A program made the translations under genes and the position numbers. DNA of 64,000 bases, from contig OZ024740.1 of assembly GCA_964016885.1 (NCBI GenBank), positions 230,702,001 to 230,766,000 on the forward strand, given 5' to 3'. Shown here one piece after another: positions 1-14,300 of this stretch. Origin of the DNA: Eledone cirrhosa. Lineage: Eukaryota. How positions within the stretch are numbered: the stretch's first letter is position 1; each line of letters opens with the position of its first letter. The notes beneath the pieces were generated by a model that was given only the letters and a program-made list of their open reading frames with translations, had not been told where the DNA came from and did not search any database.

Positions 1-150
1 GCCAAGTCCACACTGTAAAGTGATCATGTAGGTATCATGTCAAAAAGGGTTCACCCCAAACTGTAAAGTGGTTGTTTTTGTGTCATAACAAAAAGTGCCC
101 GGTCCACACTGTAAAGTGGTTGTTTTGGTGTCACAACAAAAAGCACCCAA
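1..150 (+). repeat. 48-bp tandem units belonging to the RTE-tailed SINE family
   Basis: CTGTAAAGTG recurs at 13, 61 and 109. Confidence 0.7.
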
Positions 151-854
151 CAATATATTTTTCAAACCGACCCCTCTACCTAAGGCCTGAACACGTCCCT
201 TATTAACCCGCTCGAAGGACGATGCGAGATAGTTCGTTTTGGTTTTCTCATCATTTTGCAGTTTCAGTTTCAGTGGTCTTATTCGGGCAGTTACCAATCT
301 GGTACTTTGTCAAACTCGTGAAGACTAGGCTTTTTTTAGAGGCGGCCTTTACTCGCCTCATCACAGCTACATCACTGGGTTGTGAGAGTTTTCTTGGGAG
401 CTACAGGTGTCACCCATAGCTCGCACTCACCTAATAGTTTACCCCTGTTGGTCCATGGTTGCTTGTTTGTCCAGCAATTACCCATTTATATTGCAACTAG
501 TCATCATATCTGGTGGCTATATCACTATCCGCCAGCTGCGACCTGTCCTCTAGCAGAACAACTCTGGTAAAAAAAAAAAAAAAAATGTTCTTCTGCAAAA
601 CACTTTATTTCATGTTACTCCATTCCACTCAGCTGTGAAAAAACAAGTTGTGATAACTCTGGTGCCAAGCTGTACCTGTCTTTGCTTTTCTTTTGGTCAA
701 CATTGGTGGCATGGGGGAGAGGAGACTTGCATATACATAGGAAACTGCTTGTCATCCACAAAACACCCTGCCCAGGTTGGTGTCACCAAGAGGTACTTTC
801 TGGCCATGAAATTATGGTCAGTTATGACTGAATGGGGCCTTTAATTATATATAT

Positions 855-985
855 ATATTGTTATACTTGGGGAGGGTCATATTTGTGTAATATTGCCAGA
901 ATTAATAATGACCCTCCCCAAGTATAACAATATTTATTTCGACACGATTTCATATAAAAAACCTCGCAAAACTAATTCATCGCCG
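855..985. mobile_element. Penelope-related terminal fragment forming a perfect 26-bp inverted repeat
   Basis: 855-880 is the reverse complement of 908-933; similar to the terminal sequence of the element at 41750-42667; flanked by (TA)n. Confidence 0.6.
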
Positions 986-1034
<49 letters not shown>

Positions 1035-1039
<5 letters not shown>

Positions 1040-1250
1040 CACGCTGTAATGTGGCCGTGTAGGCAACACGGTAAAAACCTCCCAGCCCCACACTGTAAAT
1101 GTGGTTGGTGTTAGGAAGGGCATCCAGCTGTAGAAAACCTGCCAGACAGTCCTATGCGAGCAAGACAACCATTCTTGCCTCAAGTGGGAAAACTCCTGTC
1201 CAAACCCATGCAAGCGTGGAACATGGACGTTAAACGATGATGATGATGAT
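1035..1250 (+). mobile_element. SINE with RTE-type 3' tail (representative; others near 3400-3800, 16000-16150-, 19520-19720, 20550-20800-, 25860-26265, 26530-26910, 50680-50870, 53295-53480-, 56210-56380, 63800-63890)
   Basis: Body GGTTGGTGTTAGGAAGGGCATCCAGCTGTAGAAA; tail CCCATGCAAGCGTGGAACATGGACGTTAAACGATGATGAT. Confidence 0.8.
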
Positions 1251-1396
1251 AGACCCAAGACTGTTAATTGTACATTTAACTGATCAACATATATTTTGCC
1301 AGGTTACATTAGAACATGCAATATGTATATATTACTCTGTGAAAAACATACAGTGATTGGATCATGCCCAACAGATTAACTCCAGATGCTCTACAC

Positions 1397-1830
1397 CATT
1401 GGTTCCCAACCAGGGGGCCATGGCCCACCAGTGGGCCATAGCAAGTTATTGGGGGAGCCATGGGAATTAACATAAAATCACAAAATTTCATACATAAAAA
1501 AGAAGAGTAGTTTCCTAACATAATTTTTTCTTTTTCTTGCTTCAAATTTTTATATTCAACTTTTTATCAACTTTCTACCTTTTCTAATTATGATTTTACT
1601 TCACTTGATAATTATTTAAATCTGGATATAACAATTTATGTTTTAGTAAAGAAACTTATTTTTTCAACAGGATACATATTTATTTTAAATTATTAGATTG
1701 AAATAAAAAGACATGCCGAAATTATTTCTACATAAAAAAATTATATCAAAAATTTTAATTTTTTTGTGGGGCCATACTGTTTTGCTATATCATTAAGGTG
1801 GAATTTATTATAAAAGGTTGGGAACCGCTG
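1397..1830. mobile_element. hAT (Charlie-type) non-autonomous element
   Basis: TIRs CATTGGTTCCCAACC / GGTTGGGAACCGCTG; perfect 8-bp TSD CTCTACAC (1389-1396, 1831-1838). Confidence 0.9.
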
Positions 1831-2427
1831 CTCTACACCCTTCGCACCTGTTCTACACCCTTTGCACCTGTTCATTATCAACTCACATCAAGCTTAAACT
1901 GTACTGTGCTAAACATAGTTATCTTAACTTGTCTAAACTTTTATATATGTATATATATATGTGTCTTTGGTACTGTACAGAATAATACATATAAAAGAAA
2001 AATTGTCAGCAGTAATAAGTCAATGTAAAAAAAACTTGGGTAAAAAAAAATATAATAATAAAACATTTATAATTTGAATCTAGTATTTTCATTTTTCACA
2101 AGACTTATATATATTTAGATATTATGTTTTAGATATTATGTTTTAATAAAGTAAAATTGTCAGAAATAATAACAGGCTGTTTATCACCTTGGTAAAAATG
2201 ATTTTTCTTCATTATTAAATAAAATATATATATAATAATTGTTTCTACTTTTTGGCACAAGGCCAGCAATTACCCAGTGCATTACTGGTACTTTATTTTA
2301 TCGACCCCGACATGGATAAAAAAATATAATAATGATTTTCTTTATTATTAGATAAAAACATAAATACAGAAATCATTATTATATTTTTTGATCCATGTGA
2401 TAAACAGTGTTTTATTATTTCTGATGA

Positions 2428-2473
<46 letters not shown>

Positions 2474-2541
2474 AAATAAGATAAATGTAAATGAAGTGTC
2501 ATAACCATATATCTGAAATGTAATTTTCGGATTCATTGCAG

Positions 2542-2642
2542 GAGATCTAATTGGTTATATTTTAGCATGGTTTAGTATGATACCAGTCTTCATCTCAGTT
2601 GGATTCGTTACTCTTATAATTATCCGGAGAGATCTCCATACT
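2542..2642 (+). CDS. DOLPP1: DOLPP1 coding exon (2nd)
   Basis: ttgcag|GAGATCTAATT...CTCCATACT|gtaagt; encodes [33 protein letters not shown]. Confidence 0.93.
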
Positions 2643-5296
2643 GTAAGTATATTTTCATAACACTTTTCTATGTATTAAACTTTTTGAGACCAATCCTCCC
2701 CAAAACTGGCCCTAGTTCCATGAAACAAATTCACCCATTATAAAGGATTCCTATTTAACCCTTTCATGATTGCATTTCTAATGAAATACACTCTATTTTT
2801 ATCAATTAATGAAGGGATTTACTAAAATTATTATTTCATAACTAAGACAGTAACTTAATGTAAGGTTCTTATTTAAAATTATGCTGGAAGATTTTAATTT
2901 GAATTGGAAACCTTTAAAATGGGTGGTTTTATTTCATAGAACCAGAGCCGGTTTTGGCTGGGTTGATAACGAAAAAGTTAAATTAAAATCTCAATATTAT
3001 TTGATGTAAAACCCTTTTGTAGTGTTATAAATACCATACTTAATGATTTAAAATGCAAAATGGCTGAGTATTCCACAGACGCATGTACCCATGATATAAT
3101 TTTCAAGTGGAATCAGCATGATACAGTATGACAAGGCTACATCTTTTTAATTGCATGTGCAGACTGTAACGGACTTCCATATAGCTTCATAGGTTGGGTC
3201 AACCCAAGGCTATGGTGCACTTGTTCAAGCTGCCTCACAAAGTGACATCAAACTTAATCACTTGGCTGTGCCAGCACCCATTAACCCTAATATAGAAACT
3301 GCTTTAGTTGGCATTAGTAAAGGAATTTAGCCATAGAATCCATGCCAAATAAAGGGTTGTGAGGAGTATTCAGTGTCAAGAACATGGCAATATTCCTAGT
3401 ATTGGTGTCATCAGAAAATATATCTTGTACACTATGTAAAGTGGTTGGTGTTAGGAAGGACATCCAGTTATAGAGGCCATGCTAAAATGTAAGCGAGGTA
3501 TGACCTCAGGCCTGTCTAAGCCTGATTAACCCTTTCGTGACCTTATTTCTAATGAAATACACTCTATTTTAGTTAATTAATGAAGAATTTTGAGGGATTT
3601 ACTAAAATTATTAATTATTTCATTACTAAGATAGTAACTTAATGTAAGTAAGATTCATATATAAAATTATGTTCGAAGATTTTACTTTAAATAGGAACCC
3701 TTTGTAGTCAGTGGTTTTGTTTCATAGAACCAGGGTAGAGTTAGCATCAACCCATGCTAGCATGGAAAAACAAATATAAAAGGATGATGATGATGATGAA
3801 AAGTTGTGAATTTGTCTATGACCTTTGAAGCTTTAGTCCAGATATTTCTGTGAAGGATATAGACAAAAAAAAAAAAACTATGAGTGCAGGGAAATAAAAT
3901 GTCGATAGTATAGTAGTTGAAAGAATTATTAAATATTTAATCATTTCTATATAGACTAATTAATTGTGTATATATACTTTTTGTATGTATTGATCAGAGG
4001 ATGAAGGGCAATGCCCATGATGACCTTTTGCAGGTCTTCAGAGACTGTTGAAGGATGAAGAATTATAATTCGTGTGTTGCTGCAGTAAAAAGTATTGCAG
4101 TAAAATATCATGTTTTCCTTAGATCAGACATTTGTTTCAAAGACTTGCTACAAAGTGGTCTCCATTCAACAACCAGGTGGTGGCAGTATTAAACCAGACA
4201 AGTTTACAAAGAAAAAAACTCAAATACATTACAAGAGACTATAAGTCCATGAGCACCCACCATCAACAGTAGCATAATTATGTCTATTTTCATGTTCAAG
4301 TCATATTCTTATTTGGCATTACCTCCCTCTTAGATGGCTCAGGAGACTACATCACACTCAGACATTCCAATTTTTTGGCATAGTTTCTATACTGAGCGGC
4401 CTTCTTAACACCCATCATTTACAGATTGTAGAGTGCATTTTATCGTGACCCAATTAGTAGAGAAGTGTTCACGTGTCCTCTCTTTTTGATCATCAATCCC
4501 TTTACAATATTTCATAGATTTTATCGTGACCCCAGCACTTGAAAGGTCCATGTTCTCTCTCTACCCTAAATTCTCTCAATTCAATCCCTTTACACTATTT
4601 CATATATTTAATCATGACCCCACCACTTGAAAGGTTCGCAATGGTAGGTATTGTTCAACAGCAAGTGGGCAGCACCATTAAAGGAATGATTTAACAAATA
4701 TTGTAGTTGATAAATCAGGCAATTGTCTTGATTCATTAAACCTTGATTAAGAGAAAGCATGAGAGAGAGAGGAATAAAGTTGTTCATATTAAAAGTAGGA
4801 CTTAGAAAATTTTTATAAACAAATTATATAAATGTGGCATCACGCATGCCATAAACAGCATAAATGTTATAGATTGCTCATGCCTGATCTATGGCAAGTC
4901 AGCTTGACATGGCTCATATCTCTCTCTCTCTCTGTCTATATATATATATATACACATACATACTTGATCACCCATGACCCGTTGGATCACGTTTTTTAAA
5001 AATCATGTACACTTAAAAATAATTTTTAAATAACTAAAATGTACACAGACATGTATATAATGTAAAATGAAATTGCAAGGCCCATATATATATATGTGTG
5101 TCTGTGACCTATATACACTGGTCACAGACAGACACACACTTAGAAACCCTTCCTATTTAGCAGGAAACATTCGCTACACACACCCTGCCCTAACACAAGT
5201 TATGCTACATATGACTTAATATTCAGTCACCAAATTCAAGCTAGATAGAGTAATGCTGTATTGGATTCTTTGAAGTTATGTTATAATTTCATTCAA

Positions 5297-5355
<59 letters not shown>

Positions 5356-8300
5356 TTTAATTTACTCTCACAACCACTATCTCTTTCTCTCTCTATTTAT
5401 GAAGGTACCCGGAAAAAACCCATATCTCGGGAACCTATGCTCCGATTGACGCAAAACTTGTTTTATTCCATTTGTATTCCCATTTCAGGGGCAACTTACT
5501 TTCAAAATATTTTCCCATTATGCGCTGTTTTGACTATATTAAATTACAGACAAGCACACAATCACAGATTTTTAGTAGTATATAGATATATGTGTGTGTG
5601 TGTGTGTGTGTTAGATAAGTGCATAACTACAGTTACAAGCAGTTTGCCAGTCTAAGCACTCAATATTATTACAATGGTCTGTCTCGTGTTGGGTTGTATT
5701 CCAAGGCAGCTGTAGTGTGATAAAGTGAAAATTATATAATGCAGGTGTTTCTTTTTATTGGCAATAATGGTAACATAACCATCCCCAAATATAACTATAT
5801 GTGTGTGTAAGTAACTACAGTTACAGGCGATTCTCCATTCCAAGCACTCGATTCTGTTGCAATTGTCTGTTTCATGTTGTGTTGTATTCCAGGATTAAGA
5901 CGGCTGTAGTGTGCTGAGTGTAGATAAAAGGATGTGTTTTAGCGTATATAAACTCACATATCTGATGAGGTATCAAGGCAGAGTCAGGGCCTGGTCATTA
6001 TGATTATAATATGTCAATAAAGTTCTGGCTTCTTAGAGAGATCAGGATTACACCAGTTTTAAATTAGTAAGACCATTATTCAGCAGTGTACTTGATACTC
6101 AGAATGCATGATCCCATAACTCGCAAGGGAGTCATAGGGATGCTGTATTGACATACAGTGTTACATCTTTTAAATCTGGCGGAACCCATCTCTCCAGATC
6201 TGAATACAACAGATTTCTTCCAGAGAAGGATAAAGAGAGAGAGAGAGAGAGAGCAAGAAAATGATTTCTGGAACTCGAGATACAACATTGGCAATTCTAG
6301 GACATTGGAATAACTAATATTGGAAGAATTTCAGCTCCTTCATCAGGAAGTGAATTCTTTCTTAGGAATAAAGGGACAAGTTGAAAATATATCATACATA
6401 TCATTTTGTTGCATGGTGAACATGTTGCATTGCTGAATTACTGTATGAATATATTCCACTTAATGTATTAGGACAATACAATGGGCTTATATTGATGCTA
6501 GAAATAGTAGTAAAACTGTCTATCCTTTCATTGAGATGTTTACATATTAGAAACAAGTAACTTTATAAAGTTATAAATTAATATATATATATATATATGT
6601 ATATATATGCATATAAATTGAGAGTTGAGACACTTTAGTGTATCGTTGTTGATTTCTAGCTGTGTCACAAAAATAAATCCTGCCTGATCCAACGTTAACA
6701 AATATATGGCTTTAATGTATATTTAGGACGTGAGAACTCTGTGGACCATTAGACATAGTAATATCTAATTGTTTATTTAATCATTGTCTTACTAACAATA
6801 GTTGTGTCAGAAAAAAAAAGTTTTTAAAAAGTATGGTACCAATATAAAACATGTGGAAAGCTCTGTTCTATACTGTTTGCCTTAGTAGGAGTTGAACTCA
6901 GTATTGCAAGACTAGAAAACACTCATCAAATTTATAGTGCTGCTTACACTAGTGAATTGTCCCCAATTTTATAGTTTTTATTTACAGCTTGTTGAGCTGG
7001 GTTCATTTTGGGAATCCAAGTTTCTTGAAAGCAAATACAATATATTAACATTAATTTGATTTACTTAAAAAAAAGAAGTCCCATGCATCATTAAGGAATA
7101 TAATGATAATTTATCAATTTCTTGACACCCACTGTCATTGTCACTATTGCCCTTATCATAACCATTACCATTGTCACCACCACCATTTTACCTTCAACAA
7201 TGCTACCATTTTTAATCACCTTCATCATAATTTTATAATTTTTATATCTTGTTCTTATTAAAGGCATCATATTTTGGTGGAATTCTGCTAAATGGAGCGA
7301 TCAGTATAGCTCTTAAACACATCATCAAGGATAGACGGCCGACACCTTCACCAAGTAAGTAGTTCTTTGTGATATTTTTCTTGAATCATTATTATAAACA
7401 AAAGAAAAGGCAGTGGATTGGCAGAATTGGTAGAATGTTGGACAGGTTTTGGAGAATAGAGTTATGGCCCTTTAAGTTTTGAGTTCAAATCCCGCTGAGG
7501 TTAGCTTTGCCTTTCGTCTTTACAGGAATAATAAGATAAAAACATGAAATTTTTAGTGAAGTTTCAAAACTAATTTTTTTAAAGGATATTACAAGAAATG
7601 TCATTATATTTACATGGATCCCACTCTGTTGTAAGCATTTGGGCCTGGTCTCTAGTTTGAGGGTACCTTTCTCTGTCACCCCCACCAATCTTGAAGTCTT
7701 TGAAAAGGGTCATGGACGCTGCCCTTCATTCCTTCATGAAATAGTAAAAAAAGAAATAATGTATATTTTTCATGGCCATACCTTAATATTGATGATTGGA
7801 TACAAAGCCTTCATCTGGTAGCTCAATGCCCTATTAACCTAGACAGTCATGCCTCACCCGTGAAGTAAATTGGTGAATGACAATTATTATTATAAAATTT
7901 AATTACATTATTTAGAAGTAGCAATTCGTTGATTACCATTGTTTCATTTCCTTGTGGCACATTGGGAAATATAACTATTATTTTATATGTCAATTAATAT
8001 TAAGTAGGTTAATGGACTAATTAATGTGATATCTTTAAATTCACCATGAATTATATTATATGTCTACTGAATAAAATTGAAACATAGACAGTTATAAAAA
8101 CATCCAAGTGATTATCAGTTAGGAGCATTCCAAAAAGGCTTAGGGTTGTATAAACTATAAAATATAAACTGGCATCAACATATTACAACGAAAGTTTATA
8201 CGGTAATTTGCCCAACATAACAACTATAATTGCTTAAAGATGGTTACAATTTGCAGGACATTGTTGGAGGAGTAAGCAAGAAGTTATACACAAGTTACTT

Positions 8301-11300
8301 TTGTGGGAACCAACTAATGGGAGACACAGAAGAGGAAGACCTGCTAGAACAATCATCAATCAACTCTCAGATAATACAAACCTCAGTAGGGGGCAGTTGC
8401 CAGGAGCAATGGAAAATTGTGAATTGTGAAGAGACTGTCAGGAATGTTTAAGTGTAATCGCAATGATGATGATATGTATATGTGATGTTGTGGGAACCCA
8501 CTTACGGGAGATGCAATACAGGAAGACTTGCTCAAACATTCATCGACCAACTCTCAGATGATACAAACCTCAAGCAGGAGCAATGGAAAATTGTGAATTC
8601 TGGAGAGACTTAGTCAGGAATGTTCAACTGTCGCATAGACTCACATTGGAATGAACAGCTGGTGTTTCAGTTGTTTGATCAATGGAACAGCCTATTCATT
8701 AAGTTAACATGTAAGTGTCATGTGTACCTTTAACATAGTTCTCAGGGAGATTCAGCATGACACAATGTGTAACAAGACTGACCCTTTGAATTACAGGTAC
8801 AGTCTATATGGCAGACTTCCAGACAGTTTCCACCTGCCTAATTTCACTCACAAAACATGGGTTATCCTGAGGCTAAAAGTAGTATGAAGTATTGTGAGAT
8901 ATGTAAGAAATGATTCATAAATATTTCAGAAAGCTGGTATAATGCACTAGAAATATGTAAGGGACACATTGATTGTTCATTTTGTTTTACACCATTTTTG
9001 TTTTTACATTTGAAAAGAGGGTATTAACCCTGAAATATTATGTTGAAATATACTGGGTTTTGTTTGTCATCATTTGCTCTTTATATATTTCTACTGCATT
9101 GTGCTGGCTTTCTGAAACTTAGTCATTTATTGTGTGCGTGCGCACATACACACACACGATGACAAATAAAACAAAACAAAGTAATATTTTACACACACAT
9201 TTGAAAAGAGGGTATATATAGCCCTGAAATATTATGTTGAAATATACTAGGTAAAACATTACTTTGTTTTGTTTTATTTGTCATCCTTTACTCTTTATAT
9301 ATTTCTACTGTCTTGTACCAGCTTTCTGAAATACTTATCAGTCATTTATACTCTATACTGGACTGAAATAGTAGTTATCTGGATGGCTATTATATCTGCA
9401 TGTACATGCAGATATAATAGATGTTACAACTTCTGTCCCTTTGTTTTGTTTGATGGAAATAACTAATGTATATAGAGTTGTAAAGAAATGGTGAAGTGAA
9501 TTACTTATAGAAAGTAATTTTGATGACCCTTATATAGAATATATTCAGTTATCTACTCTCGAATCTGAAATAATAGAGGGCTGGTTATTCAAGACGAAAA
9601 TTTAATTCACAAATGGTCTTTGAATGTTGTCAAGAATGACACAACGAGCTAGGAAAGACACAGTTATCTGGACATCAGCCATGTCCCTGCTCACAGCTGT
9701 GTTGTAAACATGTCCTTAATCTCAGTTGAGCAGTACCTCACTTCCTCTCATAGCTAGGCAGCAACCATATTCCCTCTGTGTCCCTACTGTTGACCAGGCT
9801 ATAGACATGTCCTCACTCTATTCTAGGCAGTAACTAAAGCTAGCTTTATGAAAAGAACAGTGAATACTATGCTGTCCTGATAATGTCAGAATAAGACTGA
9901 AATCCGACCAGAGTTGCCTCCCATAATTTCCTGTAAAATGAAAATAATAATACTCATTGACTAATACTTTTTTCCGCTGCATAATTATTTCTAGTCACCC
10001 TTTTAGTGCTCTTTGCATTAAATCTATTATCATTAAGTTGTTTCAGAATTTATAATTTGTCTATTTCACCTGTTCATTACTATATTTCTAATGAATGACT
10101 CATCACCATCATCACCATTTAACGTCCATTTCTCAACGCTAGTATGGATTAGATGACGCAGTCTATGATTTTCAATTAACTTTGAAAATAATCAAGAATT
10201 TGTAGGGAATTAGTAAAATAACTCAACTTTTTAAGCTGGCACTCGAAACATAACTCAACAAAATTGTTTTACATAAAATTATGATGTGAGGTTTAACTTT
10301 AAATATGAAGACATTAAAACAAATGGCTTTATATTATAGAACCAGCAGCAGTTTAAATGTTAAATAACAAACTTAATTTTTAAGCTGGTGTTTGTAACAT
10401 AACAAAATTTTCTTAGATAAAATTATGATGGAAGATTTAAATTTGAGTATAAATACTTTAAAACAAACAACTTTGTATCATAGAACCATGAGCAACTTCA
10501 GGTATTTTGGTGTCAAACAGGTTAAATGAAAGTAATAAATTTTGATTATGAATTGTAAAAGTTAGATTTGTTATGGTATGGTTCTGTAACTCTTGAGGAA
10601 GTCATAGGGGCGCCATAGTGACATACACCATTTCTTGGGCATTTTAAAACCCTGGTAAAGCCCATCCCCTTTCCAGGCTTGACTACAGCAGATTTCTTCC
10701 AGAGAAGGATTGAGAGAGAGAGTATGGAAGTGAGAAAGAGATATAGAAGAAGAATCGACCCCAGTACTAGACTGGTACTTCTTTTATCAAACTCGAAAAA
10801 TGAAAGGCAAAGTTGACCTCGGCAGGATTTGAATTTTGATAGCAGGGAGCCAGAATGAATACTACAAAGCATTCTATCTGATGTTTTAATGACTCTACCA
10901 ATTCTTTGTCTATGTTTTATATCTAGATAAGATATATTACTCTTCTCCAACCATTAAGTATGAGTGGCAACTGATGGAAGTTAAAAATCTGTCTCAAGTT
11001 CAGAAGTTCATCAGGTTGGAGCTTATCCTGGTTTTGTTGGTTTTAAGTGACAAAGAGTACACCTCCTCCTGGATAGAATGCCAGTCTATTGCAGTGTAAC
11101 TTTCCCCTCCCCTGCACCCAGTTGCTGGTATTCCTTTCTTTTTTCAGCTGAGTAAATTGGAGCAATATGAAATGAAATGTTTTACCCAAAGACAACAGAG
11201 AATGACACCCAGTCCAAGAATCAAACCCATGACCTTATTATTGAAAGCCTAACACCCTAACCAGTAGGCCACATAACTTCTCTATATTTATTTCACTGCT

Positions 11301-14300
11301 AATTAGCCGCTTTAAATATAAGTATGAACACATTAAAACAAACAAATTTGTATTGTAGAACCAGGAACAACTTCAGGCATTTTAGTGTCGAAAGGGTTAA
11401 GTGAAAATAATAAATTTTGATCATGAATTGTAAAAATAAGATTTGTTATGATAACTAATTTTAGATGTTGCTTTAACACACATCCTCTTGTTCAAACCCT
11501 CTACATGATAAATACATTAACCCTTTAGGTACCAGCCTGGTAAAAATCAGCTGTGGTTCTATAAAATAAAACCACCCATCTTCCAACATAATTTTATTTA
11601 ACAACCTTACATTAAGTTACTATCTTACCAATGAAATAATTATTAATTTTAGTAAATTCCTCAAAATTCTTCATCAATTAATTAAAATAAAATGTATTTC
11701 ATTAGAAATGCAGTCGTGAAAGAACAATTGTTCTTTTTCTACTTCTGTTTTATTTGCAGTATATGCACATGAAGAATTTGGTCAGCTATTTTGGTGATAA
11801 TTGATCAGAAATTCTTCACCACCATCACTATTTATTAAATTCATTCTATTTTTTTATTACCTCAAGTAGAAAGAAAAGCTATCTTGAAGTCTAATTTTCT
11901 AATAAGTTTACTAGAGACCCATACAATTACATACATATCTACATTTACATAAGAAGATTATTTTTAGAAACAATCATATACTTTCCCCTCCTCTTTTTTT
12001 ATGTTTTAAAATTTCCTTTTTCTTTTTCTTTTATTAAAAAAAATTAAAATAATAATTTTGTGTTGAAAATACTAATTTTTTTCTTCAAATTTTTGTTTAT
12101 TTAGATCAAATTCATCTTGGTATTTATGGAATGCCTTCAAGTCACTCTCAATTCATGGGTTTTTTCAATACATATCTTATCTTATTTTTGTTATTTAGGT
12201 AAGTTTTTTTACTTATTTGAATCTTATTTCTTTTTTTTTATTACCATCATTTATATTTTTATGCTTTGCAGCATAGAGCTACATCCTTTTACATTCTGAG
12301 TTCATATCCTTTTAATCTTTATGGGGTCAATATAGTAAAGCACCAGTAACATACTAAGGTCAATTTAATCGACTTCCCCTAAAATTGCTGGCTTTGCCTA
12401 AATTAGAAACCATTATTATCATTTTATTTATATGCTTTGCAGCATAAAGTTACGTCCCTTTCTGTTCTGACTTCAAATCCTGCCGTGGTTAGCTTTGCCT
12501 TTCATCCTTAGAGGGTTGATAAAATAAAGTACTAGTAACGCACTGGGGTCGATTTAATCGACTTTTTACTTCCCTTCAAATTGCTGGCCTTGTGCCTATA
12601 GTAGAAATCACTATTTTTTGTATACTGCATTTTATGTAATTATTGTAATTTTATAGTTTGTTGCTCTTAATGTTAACCCGCTGAAGGATTAGATGTGGTA
12701 TAGTGTGTGGTGTGATTATGATGACACCAACACTAAAGAATGACTTTCTTTCAGTTGTAGCTTTCTTCAGTGACCTAGTGGTAAGGGTGTTGGACTTATG
12801 ATCACCATGTTGTGATTCAATTTCTGGATTGAGTTGTGTGTTATGTTTTTGAACAAAACATTTCATTTCATGTTATCCCAGTATACTCAGCTGAAAATGA
12901 GTACCAGCAATAGCTGGGGGGGTTTCAACCTGCAGTCGACTGGCATCCTGTCCAGAGGAGAGTCTTGTACTCTCAGTCACTTAATGCCACAGAAACCAGG
13001 ATAAACACCAGTCTAATGACTTTTTTTTTTAGACTATTCTTCAGTTTAGTTTTTACTTGTTTATACACCAGCAGTTCCTAACCTGTTGTCTGCAAAACCC
13101 TGAGGATCTGTCAGCTAGTTGAGTAGACTAAATTTTGAAAAGTCTGCTGTCTGTAAAGAAATTTATTTAAAATATAGAGGGTCCTTGATAGTGAAAAGGT
13201 TAGGAACTATTGATATACACTTACAATTAGAGAAAGCTGTCTTCTCTGACCAATCATGTAGAGCTCTTTTATTGCCTTATTGCTTCTGTTAGACATTACT
13301 ACTAATACAACTGCCATCACTACTATTACTACTGCTGCTTCTATTACTTATACTACTATCATTACCACCACCACCACTACTACTGCTGCTGTTACTACTA
13401 TCACCACCACTAATACTACAACTAAGACTACCCTTATCACCATCACTACTACTACCACCACCACCACCTCCACTTCTACTACTATTATCTACCTTTCTAT
13501 CTATTCTTTAGTTACTTTACTAGTTTCAGCCATTGGACTGTGGCCATGTTGACGATAAGACAATGGTTACAGTCAAGTATATTCTCATCCACAAAATGTT
13601 ATTCCTTCTTTACATTTTGCTTCTTTGTTTCTATTTTTCAGGCTTTATAGAAACTATAATTGGATAGATGATTCATGGAAAATTGTAGTTAGTGGCTTAA
13701 CATGTATAGTATCATTGTTAGTATGTATTAGTCGGTAAGTAATTTTTTCATTATTTTAAAATATTCATTTTTGTTTCTTAAGTTTAAAATATTCTTCAGA
13801 GCATTTGTTGAGACAGCGTTGTTTTATAGATCAGGTGCATGGACTCTGACACAAGGACTTGAGAAGAAACTAGATGGTGCATACACTAAAATACTTAGGG
13901 TTGTACAAAACATAAACTGGCATTAATTTATTACAATAAAAGTTTATACAGAATCTTGCCCAAGATAACAACTGCAATTGCTGAAAGATGCAGGACATTG
14001 CTGGAGGAGTAAGCAAGAAGTTATACACAAGTTACTATTGTAGGAACCAACTCACGGGAGACACAGTAGAGGAAGACCTGCTTGGACCTTCATTGATCAA
14101 CTCTCAAATGATAGAAACCTCAGTAGGGAATAGTTGCTAGGAGCAATGGGAAATTGTGAATTATGGAGAGACTTTGTCAGGAATGTTCGACAGTGGTCGC
14201 AATGATGATAAAGTAAAATAAAAATGCCAAATTTGATCATTTTTACAAATCATAAAATGTGTTTTAAAAAAAGTTCCATTTTCAATCTAAGGGTTAGTAG

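Noticed and set aside
160-586. GC-richer segment ending in an A run, considered as DOLPP1 exon 1 or a retrocopy
   Set aside because: No LTHVEYP-like frame, suitable donor or recognisable ORF found; probably an unclassified repeat.
6325-6352. CTGATGA...GAAA on the minus strand (also 29820-29850 and 22775-22812)
   Set aside because: Stem I cannot form or the GAAA is mutated; at best decayed PLE hammerheads, not callable.
13280-13552. Mucin-like Thr-rich ORF
   Set aside because: Trinucleotide microsatellite inside a DOLPP1 intron, without supporting splice structure.
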